Shown here: positions 9,812 through 19,529 of the stretch, in pieces
Numbering within the stretch: position 1 is the stretch's first letter
How the letters are laid out: every line of letters begins with the position of its first letter
IMG/VR virus record: IMGVR_UViG_2870495154_000004
Coordinates: 1 to 51,251 of that record
From: a virus
Taxonomy: Duplodnaviria > Heunggongvirae > Uroviricota > Caudoviricetes
Strand: one strand, 5' to 3'
Length of the DNA stretch: 51,251 bases
The notes under the pieces: model-generated
What the model was told of the DNA's origin: nothing
Database searches by the model: none
Seen by the model: only the letters and a program-made list of their open reading frames with translations
Program-made: the position numbers and the translations under genes

Positions 9812-12800
9812 TCAAAAGAAAAAGTTATTGTTAAGCATTCCTGCAAGACCTTCGCTGGATGATATTGTGGAAAAACCTGATCCACCATTCGCAAGCGCAA
9901 GACCACCTGTGTTACTAAGGTGTGTCCGGTCTATTGATTTTTCAGACCATACACCGCCATTATTGTAAATAATGTTTCCAACTGTTCCGCCACCTATCCT
10001 GATGTAGTAATCCATAGAACTACCACCAGTTGGTAATACTGTGTCACTCCATGTACCTTTGTATACCAGGTCGTTTGTTGTGAACCCTGTAAATGACCCG
10101 CCATTGAAAAATGACCAGGGTAGAACGCCATAAGTAACAGCAACTTGTTTTTCGGTCATGCCCGGGAAAGTAGGATCAATTGCGTCAGTAGCAGCAGAAA
10201 GCATATTTTGGTATACGTTAAAGAAACGTCCTGGAAATATTCTTCTGTACCATTCTCCAAGCTCGTAAAGAACACCCGTTTTAGCGTACTGGTCCTCATG
10301 CTGCTGTACAACAATTCTTGAACCGTTCCATGTCTCTGTCCTTTGCCCCATAATTGTCAGGAATATATATCTGGCATCCCTGGCCCCAACCAATGCAGCC
10401 ATTTCAATAGAATCCTGCCTGATTTGTGCAGCATTTAAATCAGTTGTCGGCTGGTTATTTTGTCCGTGCCAAAAGCAGATGACCTGTCCGGCATAATTAT
10501 CCCCGTTAACAAGAATTTCCTGCTTTAACATACCGAGGACCTGATCGGAAGTAGAGCCGCCATAGGAGCGGACCTCCCCGGGCACGCTCACCTCTGAAAG
10601 GATTTGGTTGCCGGAATTTCCACTGCCGAAAAGAGAATCCCCGATCAAGAGAAGCTTACTCCCAAGAGATTTACGGATTGTCGTCATCACCTGAGCTTTC
10701 AGCCTTACACCGACAGGGCCAGAGCTCTTATCAGAACGCCGAATTTCCCACTCGTCAGAGTTTTGACTACAACGTAGGCTGATAGAGCTGCCTGCAGCAA
10801 CAGTAACGGATGCCTGACCTGCTATGCGAATCCACGCGGAGCCATCCCAGAGAGCGTAATCTCCGGCAGAAAAACTATTTCCTGAAATGGTACCCGCTGC
10901 GGATGCCTGATAAACCGAATTACGCAGTGGACTAGCAGGATAACCAGAGGCAGGAGCAAACTCCCCTGCGTAAACCAGTGCATCACTGGCTGATGACAGC
11001 AATACCCATCGTGGAGTCATGGATGCGCCACCGGCAGTTTGCAGTCCTGTATAGAGCAATTTGTCCCCTGCCTGCAGCGCCATGCCGTTGAACGTCCCAG
11101 CAGCAGTCACCTCATACCAGCTGTCCGCGATTTTAATCACACCGGTGCCCGGCCCACGCTGGATGACGAACTCTGTACCATTCCAGACAAGATTGTCGCC
11201 GCAGTACAGGCTCTGACTGCCCCAGGTGCCCGGTAGTGTCTCGGAGAGGTTTCCGTTTGTGTTATAGGCCTCGTAGCTATAGTAATCACCGACAGCAAAC
11301 GTCCCTGTCGGCGTGGTAACTGCGGTGGTGAGAAACCGCCCTTTTTTCGTCAGCGATGGCACCGCGCCTGGCGTAAACACGCCAGCCCGCGCTTTCCCGG
11401 TGAACAGCAGCCCGCTGGCCTGCCGGTATTCAATCGCGGTGCCGGTCGCATTAATTCCGAATGCGGCCTTACACACATGCGACGGCAGCGGAGACCAGGC
11501 AGAGCCGTCGCGTGCATTGGTCCGCACCGCGATTTCGGAGAGCGTTGAGCGCGTTGCATCCGGGCGGGCATCTACAACATCCTGTGGGTGTGCAATAATT
11601 TTATTCTGTACATCTTCAGTCAGCGTTGAGAAGCCGACGATGTCATCACCCAACAGAAGACGAGAAATAAATACATCGCCATCTGTCGTCACATAGCTGG
11701 ACATCCGCTTTGTCACCGGATCATAGTCGACGCTGACATAACCAGTATCAGGGTCAAGGTCCAGTGGAATGACCTGCTGAACTTCTGTGGAAAGTTGTGA
11801 GTTCCCGACGCTATTCTCAGGGACCTGTAGCAAGGGAATAAAAACCTGTCCATCCGTTGTGGTATATGAAGACATACGTCTGGTTACCGGATCGTAGTTG
11901 ATTTCTGAAAACCCAGTATCAGGGTCCAGTTCCTGAGATAAAATACTTTGAACATCCAGCGAAAGTTTTTCTGAGCTTACTGAGCCATTTTGAATATTAT
12001 TTCCAGTGACTGCATTTTCAGATAATTGCAGCAAAGGGATAAACACACGACCATCACGCATAGTGAACTTAGACATGCGCATGGAAACTGGGTCATATTC
12101 AACATCAACAATATCGAGACCATCATCCAGCTCAGTTGAGATTAATCCCCTTGATGCAAGATCATCAATATACCCCTTGGAAATCATTACCCGGCCAGTG
12201 GCAGATAATATCCCTGAATTATTGATAACTTCTATTGCAAGATATTTGTAATCGGAGTCTCGGTAATAAGCTGTTGACCCAACAGGAATATTGCCAGCAT
12301 CTGCGTCTGCCTGTGCCGCCGCCAGCGTCGGAAACTCGCGGATTGTCCCAGTTATAGCCGCTGTGCCTGGCTCAGAAGCCTGCAACACAGCTACGCCATC
12401 CTGGTTCTCGTAGGTTTTGAATGCCGCCGTCGCTTCCGGACCTTCCGCTACGCGGAACGACTGTCCGTTGGTCGTAGCAGCAAGGCCTGCAATTGTACCG
12501 TCCGGATCGCTCGGCGTTTTATAGAACGTGAACTTATTCAGCGCATATTCAGAAGCATTGCTCGCGAACTCTTCGGCCTGAGAGGCAGAAATAGCAGCCT
12601 CTGCCGTGTTCTGTGCCACCGCGGACGCGTTACGCGCCACTTCTTCCACCATCAGCTCAAAACGGCGCAGTGCCTCCGGACGGGCATCATCCTCCGTCAT
12701 GGCACCGAGAAAATCATTCAGCGTACCGGGTCGGGAATCTTCATACACGGTGATAATTCCGGCATGTGACGGCGGGAATCCCTCCACCAACAGAATAACG

Positions 12801-12982
12801 CTGTACTGACCGTACTCAACGTCCATACTGTAACGCCCGGCTTCATCCGGATTTTCTGAGGCCACCGTGTTCGCCACCACCGTGGTGCTGTTACGTTTTG
12901 CTTTCAGCTGGATTGTGCAGTTCTGTACCGGTTTACCTGCACCGTCTTTCAGTACACCTGAAATCTTTACTGCCATATTCAC
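9812..12982 (-). CDS. stf: side tail fibre protein, lambda Stf-like N-terminus, three internal tandem repeats, C-terminal GDSL/SGNH-like hydrolase motif
   Basis: first ~120 aa match lambda Stf; three ~35-aa repeats (DYDPVTxRMSSYxTTDGxVFIPLLQ); motif LLLIGDSLFGSGNS near residue 780. Confidence 0.8.
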   Translation of the reverse strand: MNMAVKISGVLKDGAGKPVQNCTIQLKAKRNSTTVVANTVASENPDEAGRYSMDVEYGQYSVILLVEGFPPSHAGIITVYEDSRPGTLNDFLGAMTEDDARPEALRRFELMVEEVARNASAVAQNTAEAAISASQAEEFASNASEYALNKFTFYKTPSDPDGTIAGLAATTNGQSFRVAEGPEATAAFKTYENQDGVAVLQASEPGTAAITGTIREFPTLAAAQADADAGNIPVGSTAYYRDSDYKYLAIEVINNSGILSATGRVMISKGYIDDLASRGLISTELDDGLDIVDVEYDPVSMRMSKFTMRDGRVFIPLLQLSENAVTGNNIQNGSVSSEKLSLDVQSILSQELDPDTGFSEINYDPVTRRMSSYTTTDGQVFIPLLQVPENSVGNSQLSTEVQQVIPLDLDPDTGYVSVDYDPVTKRMSSYVTTDGDVFISRLLLGDDIVGFSTLTEDVQNKIIAHPQDVVDARPDATRSTLSEIAVRTNARDGSAWSPLPSHVCKAAFGINATGTAIEYRQASGLLFTGKARAGVFTPGAVPSLTKKGRFLTTAVTTPTGTFAVGDYYSYEAYNTNGNLSETLPGTWGSQSLYCGDNLVWNGTEFVIQRGPGTGVIKIADSWYEVTAAGTFNGMALQAGDKLLYTGLQTAGGASMTPRWVLLSSASDALVYAGEFAPASGYPASPLRNSVYQASAAGTISGNSFSAGDYALWDGSAWIRIAGQASVTVAAGSSISLRCSQNSDEWEIRRSDKSSGPVGVRLKAQVMTTIRKSLGSKLLLIGDSLFGSGNSGNQILSEVSVPGEVRSYGGSTSDQVLGMLKQEILVNGDNYAGQVICFWHGQNNQPTTDLNAAQIRQDSIEMAALVGARDARYIFLTIMGQRTETWNGSRIVVQQHEDQYAKTGVLYELGEWYRRIFPGRFFNVYQNMLSAATDAIDPTFPGMTEKQVAVTYGVLPWSFFNGGSFTGFTTNDLVYKGTWSDTVLPTGGSSMDYYIRIGGGTVGNIIYNNGGVWSEKSIDRTHLSNTGGLALANGGSGFSTISSSEGLAGMLNNNFFF

Positions 12983-13040
12983 CCCACAAAAAAGCCCGCC
13001 TGAACCAGCGGGCTGTCATAACACTGTGTTACCTGGCTAA

Positions 13041-13640
13041 TCAGAACTTATAACCGACACCCACGATGAAACCGTCAGTGCGCCAGTCGCCACTGCCGGA
13101 GCCTTCATAAGCAATATCAATGGCCACGGATTCGGTCGGGTTAAACTGCACGCCAGCCCCCCACGCCAGAGACGTGTTGCTGCGGCGACCATCATCACTT
13201 CCGGTCAGCACTTCGTGCGTTTTCCCCTTGTTGTCAGTTACGCGGAGATAATCCCCGGAGAAAGTCGAAATACGGCTGTAAGCCACACCCGCCATCGCAT
13301 ACGCGCTGAACCATTCATTCACGCGCACAGACGGCCCCGCCATCACGCTGAACCAGCGGTTACGCACGGAATCTTCATGCCAGCGGGTATCGCTGTAACG
13401 GGTAAGCTGGCGATTCTTGTCTTCTGCATAGCTGAATGACGTCACCATCCCCAGCGTGTCCGTAAACTCATAACGGTATTTCATGTTAATCCCGTTAAGA
13501 TCATCGCTGCCGGGAACGTTCGTCGAGGCATGAAGATACCCCGCGCTTAGCGTGGACTGATGTTCAGACGCCCATGCAGGCGCACCGGATACGACCAGAC
13601 AGATGGCTGCGGACAAAATGGCTGCACAAACTTTACGCAT
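13041..13640 (-). CDS. lom: Lom/Ail family outer-membrane protein
   Basis: 199 aa with signal peptide; C-terminal [23 protein letters not shown] matches lambda Lom. Confidence 0.85.
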   Translation of the reverse strand: MRKVCAAILSAAICLVVSGAPAWASEHQSTLSAGYLHASTNVPGSDDLNGINMKYRYEFTDTLGMVTSFSYAEDKNRQLTRYSDTRWHEDSVRNRWFSVMAGPSVRVNEWFSAYAMAGVAYSRISTFSGDYLRVTDNKGKTHEVLTGSDDGRRSNTSLAWGAGVQFNPTESVAIDIAYEGSGSGDWRTDGFIVGVGYKF

Positions 13641-13710
13641 AATTACCTCTCGCTTTTCTGCAATAAAAAAGGCGTCATTCCTGACGCCCTTTATTGGGGT
13701 TATAAATATT

Positions 13711-16700
13711 TCAACGAATACTGATGCCGGAAGCAGCCTTTTTGGTCACAATCACCGTACAGTCGGTGATATTGCCTGCCCCCTGATTGCCTTTCTGGAA
13801 AATCTTAAACTCCAGAGTGACGCTTCCCCTGCCACTCGGCATATCAATAACCGCACTGTAACTACCGGGAATGGCCCCTTTAGTTTCTCTGGATGCGATT
13901 AATACGCCGTTTTTGCGAACTTCAAAACCATACCCCGTGTACCTTGTACCTCCCGGGTTATTACCACTTCCCGGATCGTCATACGCTATACCGTTAAAGA
14001 TAATGGGCGGAATAATGATTTGACGGTCAAAGTTATGATCATCACTGATGGTGACTGTAACCGTCCCGTCTGGTGTTTCCGTGTTACCCCACGTACCAGC
14101 CTGTTTCGGAAATGATTTGGATACAGCTTTAACGAAGTCACCTCTGACCTGAGTCGCCTCCAGCATGCCCTTAATCGTACAGTTTTCATTTACCGTGACA
14201 TTGTTGAGCGTCCCGGAGTTCGCATTCACACTACCACTGATATCCGCATTTTTAGCGGTCAGCTTTCCGTCCGGTGTCAGGGAAAATACCGGAGGACTGC
14301 CACCGCTGGTAATGGTGGGGGCCGTCAGGCGCTTCAGGAACACGTCGTTCATGAATATCTGGTTGCCCTGCGCCACAAACATCGGCGTTTCATTCCCGTT
14401 TGCCGGGTCAATAAACGCGATACGGTTAGCGGCAACCAGAAACTGGCTCAGTTTGCCTTCCTCCGTGTCCTCCATGCTGAGGCCAATACCCGCGACATAA
14501 TGTTTGCCGTCTTTGGTCTGCTCAATTTTGACAGCCCACATGGCATTCCACTTATCACTGGCGTCCTTCCACTCTTTCGAAAACTCCTCCAGTCTGCTGG
14601 CGTTATCCTCCGTCAGCTCGACTTTTTCCAGCAGCTCCTTGCCGAGATGGGATTCGGTTATCTTGCCTTTGAAAAAATCCAGGTAACCTTCCGCATCATC
14701 GCTCGCCCGACCGACGGCCTCCACGAATGCCGATTTGCCAACGGTGTTCACACTGCGGATATAAAAGTAATAATCATGGCCCGGTTTGATATTGATACTG
14801 GCGGCTATCCAGTACAGCCCCGTGCCAAGGTAGCGGGCTGTGGTTTCAACCTGCCTGATATCGGTAATCCGCTTTTCCGAGAACCAGAACTCAAACTGTA
14901 CCGTCGGATCGTAAACCGCAAGATGCGGCGTGGCGGTTATCTGAAAATAGCCCGGCGTCAGCTCAATCCGCGACGGCGCTGCCGGTGCGGCAATCCGGAA
15001 CGATACCGATGCCGGATCGCCCTGCTGTCCCCACGCATTTACCGCCCGGACCGTCAGCGTGTAACGCCCCAGCGCCAGTTGCCTGAAGCGGTATGTGGTT
15101 TCCGTCGTCCGGGCCGTGCTGACCAGCCGCTCACTGCCGTCATCCGCTGCCACGGTCAGGCGAAGCAGGAAGCTCACGCCCTTCACCACCTTCGGCGTGT
15201 CCCAGCGGGCCAGTACCTGATACTCCCCGCTGTCTGCGGTGACTTCGGCAGTCAGGTGCTGCACCGCTGGCGGCGTGACACCATTTACCGTGCCGCTCTG
15301 GTCGCCGTCAAAGTGCGCCCCGTTATCCACGATGGCCTCTTTTTCCGGTACATGCTGCACGGCGGTGATGGCATACGTGCCGTCGTCGTTCTCACGGATA
15401 CTCACGCAGCGGAACAGGCGCTGGCGCAACGTCGGCAGCTTCAGCCCCCATACGCTGTATTCAGCAACGCCGTCAGGAACACGGCTCACTTTCACCTTCA
15501 CGCCGTCGGTGACGGACTGAACCTCCACGCTGACCGGACTCCCCTGCCCGTCAACCAGGCTTATCAGCGTGGTACCGGAGGATGGCAGCGTGATTTCACG
15601 GTCGAGCGTCAGCGTCCGGGTCTGGCTGTTCACCGCCAGCACGCGACCACCGGTGCTGATACCGGCATAGTCATCATCGCAGATTTCAATGACATCGCCC
15701 GGTACATGGCGAAGCCCTTCTGCGCCCACGCTGAAGTCCACGGTCTGCGTCTCCAGCAGTTCCGTTTTAATCAGCCACAGCCCGGCGCGGTGTGCCTGCC
15801 CCCGGCTGGTACAGCCAAAGGCATCCATCTTCGTGACATTACGACCATAACGGGCAATGGCCTGCGTATCTTCAACAAGCTCTGTCGCCGTCTCCCAGCC
15901 GTTGTTCGGGTCAATCCAGTTCACCTCAACGGCATTATGGCGGTCCTTCAGGGCGCTGAAACTGTAGCGGAACGGCGCGCCATCATCCGGCATCACCACA
16001 TTACTGCGGTTATAGGTCCACACCTTATCTGATGGTCGGTCCTGCACGAACGTCAGCGTCTGCCCGTTCCATACCGGCATACAGCGCATCGCCGAGCAGA
16101 AATCACTGAGCACATCCCACGCCTTACGCTGTGTGGTCAGGTACGCATTACAGGTAATGCGCGGCTCCGTGCCGCCAAAGCCGTCCGGCACCGACTGGTC
16201 GCAGTACTGGCCGATGACATACAGCGCCCATTTATCCACATCCGCCGCACCAAGACGTTTCCCCATGCCGTAGCGCGGATGGGTCAGCATATCCCACAGA
16301 CACCAGGCCATGTTGTTGCTGTATGCTGGTTTTAACGTTCCGTCCCAGATACCGCTGTATTGTCGCGTCTGCGGGTTATAGTTCGACGGCACCTGCAGAA
16401 TGCGCCCGCGCAGATGATAATTACGGCTCACCTGCTGGCTACCGAACTGCTCCGAGTCCACCTGTACGCCGACCAGTGCCGTGTTCGGGTAGCACTGTTT
16501 CACATCGATGATTTCGGTGTATGACGACCAGAGCGTTTTGTTCTGCAGCTGGTCTGTGGTGCTGTCCGGCGTCATCCTGCGCATCCGGATATTAAACGGG
16601 CGCGGCGGCAGGTTATCCACCACCACCGAGGCCAGATACTGCGAGGTGGTTTTGCCTTTAATGGTGATGTCTTTTTCCGTCACCCAGCCACCATTACGCT

Positions 16701-17124
16701 GTATCTGAACCAGCAGGCGGACTTCCGACGGATTCCGGTCACCCTTTGAGGTGGTTTCCACCAGTGCCTGCACACCGAAGGTAAAGCGCAGACGGTCGAT
16801 GTTTGCCGACGTGATGGTGCGGGTGATCGGCGTGTCATATTTCACTTCCGTACCCAGCACAGTCTCGGAGCCGGAGGATTCAAAACCTTCCGGCGGTGTC
16901 TGCTCCTGCTCACCTGCCCGGAACACCACCGTGACGCCGGAGATGTTGGTATTCCCCTCACTGTCCAGCACCGGCGTACTGTTCAGCAGCACGCTTTTTA
17001 ATCCATCTACCGGACCTTCAACCGGCCCTTCGCTGATGGCATCGATCACACTCAGCAACTGCGTGGACTTCAGGTTGTCCTTCGCTTCGCGCGGGGTATG
17101 CCCCTTACTGCTTCCTTTACCCAT
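13711..17124 (-). CDS. J: tail tip / host specificity protein J
   Basis: 1137-aa ORF, lambda J-like throughout, correct position after I. Confidence 0.9.
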   Translation of the reverse strand: MGKGSSKGHTPREAKDNLKSTQLLSVIDAISEGPVEGPVDGLKSVLLNSTPVLDSEGNTNISGVTVVFRAGEQEQTPPEGFESSGSETVLGTEVKYDTPITRTITSANIDRLRFTFGVQALVETTSKGDRNPSEVRLLVQIQRNGGWVTEKDITIKGKTTSQYLASVVVDNLPPRPFNIRMRRMTPDSTTDQLQNKTLWSSYTEIIDVKQCYPNTALVGVQVDSEQFGSQQVSRNYHLRGRILQVPSNYNPQTRQYSGIWDGTLKPAYSNNMAWCLWDMLTHPRYGMGKRLGAADVDKWALYVIGQYCDQSVPDGFGGTEPRITCNAYLTTQRKAWDVLSDFCSAMRCMPVWNGQTLTFVQDRPSDKVWTYNRSNVVMPDDGAPFRYSFSALKDRHNAVEVNWIDPNNGWETATELVEDTQAIARYGRNVTKMDAFGCTSRGQAHRAGLWLIKTELLETQTVDFSVGAEGLRHVPGDVIEICDDDYAGISTGGRVLAVNSQTRTLTLDREITLPSSGTTLISLVDGQGSPVSVEVQSVTDGVKVKVSRVPDGVAEYSVWGLKLPTLRQRLFRCVSIRENDDGTYAITAVQHVPEKEAIVDNGAHFDGDQSGTVNGVTPPAVQHLTAEVTADSGEYQVLARWDTPKVVKGVSFLLRLTVAADDGSERLVSTARTTETTYRFRQLALGRYTLTVRAVNAWGQQGDPASVSFRIAAPAAPSRIELTPGYFQITATPHLAVYDPTVQFEFWFSEKRITDIRQVETTARYLGTGLYWIAASINIKPGHDYYFYIRSVNTVGKSAFVEAVGRASDDAEGYLDFFKGKITESHLGKELLEKVELTEDNASRLEEFSKEWKDASDKWNAMWAVKIEQTKDGKHYVAGIGLSMEDTEEGKLSQFLVAANRIAFIDPANGNETPMFVAQGNQIFMNDVFLKRLTAPTITSGGSPPVFSLTPDGKLTAKNADISGSVNANSGTLNNVTVNENCTIKGMLEATQVRGDFVKAVSKSFPKQAGTWGNTETPDGTVTVTISDDHNFDRQIIIPPIIFNGIAYDDPGSGNNPGGTRYTGYGFEVRKNGVLIASRETKGAIPGSYSAVIDMPSGRGSVTLEFKIFQKGNQGAGNITDCTVIVTKKAASGISIR

Positions 17125-17184
17125 TCCTCACGCTCCATAAATGACAAAACCGCCCGCAGGCGGTTTCACATAAAACATTTTGCA

Positions 17185-17856
17185 TCAGCGACCAATCACC
17201 ACAACCTGACCACCGTCCCCTTCGTCTGCCGTGCTGATCTCCTGAGAAACCACACGTGATCCCACGCGCATTTCACCGTACAGAACGGGCAGAACATTGC
17301 CCTGGGCAACCATGTTATCCAGTGAGGAGAAATAGGTGTTTTGTTTGCCGTTATCCGTTGTCTGTGTACGGGGAGTTCTGGCTTTCGGTGCCAGCATCTG
17401 GGCCACACCACCGAGCACCATACTGGCACCGAGAGAAAACAGGATGCCGGTCATACCACCGGCCCCAATGGCTGCCCCCCATGCTGCAAGGGTGGCTCCG
17501 GCGGTAAAGAATGATCCGGCAATGGCGGCAGCCCCCAGGACAATCTGGAATACGCCACCTGACTTGGCCCCGGCGACTCTGGGAACAATATGAATCACAG
17601 CGCCATCAGGCAGAGTCTCATGTAACTGCGCCGTTAACCCGGACGTGCTGACGTCCCGCCCGGCAATCCGTACCTGATACCAGCCGTCGCTCAGTTTCTG
17701 ACGAAACGCCGGGAGCTGTGTGGCCAGTGCCCGGATGGCTTCAGCCCCCGTTTTCACACGAAGGTCGATGCGGCGACCAAATCGTTGTAAATCCCCGTAA
17801 AGGCAGATGCGCGCCATGCCCGGTGACGCCAGAGGGAGTGTGTGCGTCGCTGCCAT
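17185..17856 (-). CDS. I: tail assembly protein I
   Basis: 223 aa, lambda I-like. Confidence 0.85.
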   Translation of the reverse strand: MAATHTLPLASPGMARICLYGDLQRFGRRIDLRVKTGAEAIRALATQLPAFRQKLSDGWYQVRIAGRDVSTSGLTAQLHETLPDGAVIHIVPRVAGAKSGGVFQIVLGAAAIAGSFFTAGATLAAWGAAIGAGGMTGILFSLGASMVLGGVAQMLAPKARTPRTQTTDNGKQNTYFSSLDNMVAQGNVLPVLYGEMRVGSRVVSQEISTADEGDGGQVVVIGR

Positions 17857-18497
17857 TTGTCGGTGTACCTCTCTCGTTTGCTCAGTTGTTCAGGAATATG
17901 GTGCAGCAGCTCGCCGTCGCCGCAGTAAATTGCGGCGTGATTCGGCACTGATGAACCAAAACAGCACAGCAGCACATCGCCCGGCTGTGCCGCTGACAAC
18001 GGCACCTGATACAGCCCCGTCGCCTCCAGATTATCCAGATAGAGATTCTGGCCGTTACGCCACCAGTCATCCTCACGATGAAAGTCCGGCATCTCAATCC
18101 CCGCCAGATGATAAGCATCCCGGAACAGTGTGTAACAGTCCGTCACACCGTGCTCAAAGCGCCGCCCGGTGAGATGCGGCACACAGCGGAACTTATGAAT
18201 CGTCCCCCGGCAGACCAGCCACCACGGCAAATCACTCTGCACCTGCAGCCGCCGGTCGGCCTCACTCAGCCAGGGCAGACCACCGGGGTGGCTGTGGACC
18301 AGCGCCACAATCTCACCCTGCATCTCTGCCTGCAGCCAGTCCTCCGGAGCCATCCGGAAATAATCCTCCGGCTCACCGGAAATATTCACGCAGGGAAAAT
18401 ATCTTTCCCCCTCCGGCGCTCTCACCACGAAGCCGCACGACTCCGCTGGCGCACATCGCCGGGCGTGCGCCAGAATCGCTGATTCTGTCTCTGTCAT
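17754..18497 (-). CDS. K: tail assembly protein K (NlpC/P60-like)
   Basis: lambda K-like from MTETESAIL; track ORF has an N-terminal extension. Confidence 0.85.
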   Translation of the reverse strand: MTETESAILAHARRCAPAESCGFVVRAPEGERYFPCVNISGEPEDYFRMAPEDWLQAEMQGEIVALVHSHPGGLPWLSEADRRLQVQSDLPWWLVCRGTIHKFRCVPHLTGRRFEHGVTDCYTLFRDAYHLAGIEMPDFHREDDWWRNGQNLYLDNLEATGLYQVPLSAAQPGDVLLCCFGSSVPNHAAIYCGDGELLHHIPEQLSKRERYTDKWQRRTHSLWRHRAWRASAFTGIYNDLVAASTFV

Positions 18498-18501
18498 GGG
18501 T

Positions 18502-19200
18502 TTACTGCGAAAGTTTGTTAATGGAAAGGAAGCCGCCAAAGTTGCCGACGTTATTGCGAAACTTACAGCCGCTCAGGCATTTGCTGCATTTATCCTTCGT
18601 GATATCGGACGTTGGCTGGTCATATTCATCCGCGACCGCCGGACCGTGATAACCGCACTCATCGCCGCGATAGGTCCAGGTGCAGGTGTTGGCCAGCATG
18701 ATACGTCCCGGAAAAACAGCGCCGTCCGTTTCCGTCGGCGTGGACAGTACAAAAGAGGCACTCACCGCGCTCAGTTCGCTGCACTGCTCAATGCGCCAGC
18801 GGCTGATCACCTCCTGCTCCGGATCGGCGTCACTGTTTCCGTTGACGAAGTTCACCGCATCCAGAAAACAGGCGTAAACCTTACGCCGGACCACCGTTCC
18901 GCCGACCAGACTCTGCAGATCTTCCGCCATCCCGGTGACCATACCGTACAGGTTAGAAACCGTCAGCGTGGGGCGCGTACTGGTGCCTTTGCCATTCAGT
19001 TCAAAACCACTCCCCTGAATGGGATACGGCTGATACTGTCGCCCCTGCCAGGTGACCGGCTCACCTTTTTCGTTCTGCTCATTACAGAAAAAATAACGTT
19101 CTCCACCGACCTCTGTCAGGTCGATTTCCCAGAGCACCACGCTGGCCGACTGCTCCGCACGGGTGCATTCATTCAGTGTTTCCTGTCGGATATCCTGCAT
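18502..19200 (-). CDS. L: minor tail protein L
   Basis: 232 aa, lambda L-like. Confidence 0.9.
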   Translation of the reverse strand: MQDIRQETLNECTRAEQSASVVLWEIDLTEVGGERYFFCNEQNEKGEPVTWQGRQYQPYPIQGSGFELNGKGTSTRPTLTVSNLYGMVTGMAEDLQSLVGGTVVRRKVYACFLDAVNFVNGNSDADPEQEVISRWRIEQCSELSAVSASFVLSTPTETDGAVFPGRIMLANTCTWTYRGDECGYHGPAVADEYDQPTSDITKDKCSKCLSGCKFRNNVGNFGGFLSINKLSQ

Positions 19201-19529
19201 CAGTTCACCACCTGTTCAAACTCTGCGCTGAACTCAACACGCAACATACTGACCCGCGACGACCATTTTGCGCAGGTCACCTTTATCTGCCGGTAGCCAT
19301 AAGGCGGCGTCCACAGAAAGGATTTCCAGCCCCCGTGCTCAGCCAGAAACGACTCCAGCGCCGCGGCCTCCCAACGGGAGACAGACAGCGTCACGCTGTA
19401 CGTTTTCAGGTCAGCGTTCAGCCCGGCAGGCGCTCGCTGGGAATAGCCATCACCAAAGCGCACCTTTCTTACGGAAGGGGCCGAAGCCACATCCATACCG
19501 GGTTTCACTTTCCAGCGGAAGGTTTTCAT
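19200..19529 (-). CDS. M: minor tail protein M
   Basis: 109 aa, lambda M-like. Confidence 0.9.
   Translation of the reverse strand: MKTFRWKVKPGMDVASAPSVRKVRFGDGYSQRAPAGLNADLKTYSVTLSVSRWEAAALESFLAEHGGWKSFLWTPPYGYRQIKVTCAKWSSRVSMLRVEFSAEFEQVVN

Noticed and set aside
9802-12982. Second inverted gix site that would make the tail-fibre segment invertible
   Set aside because: Only partial 8-mer matches seen by eye; no convincing inverted copy, so the switch is called decayed. A computational search could overturn this.
14500-16032. 510-aa plus-strand ORF, plus many 60-240-aa ORFs on the opposite strand across the J, H, C, B and A genes
   Set aside because: They lie antisense to genes with full-length lambda-like proteins in GC-rich DNA; shadow ORFs with no independent signals.
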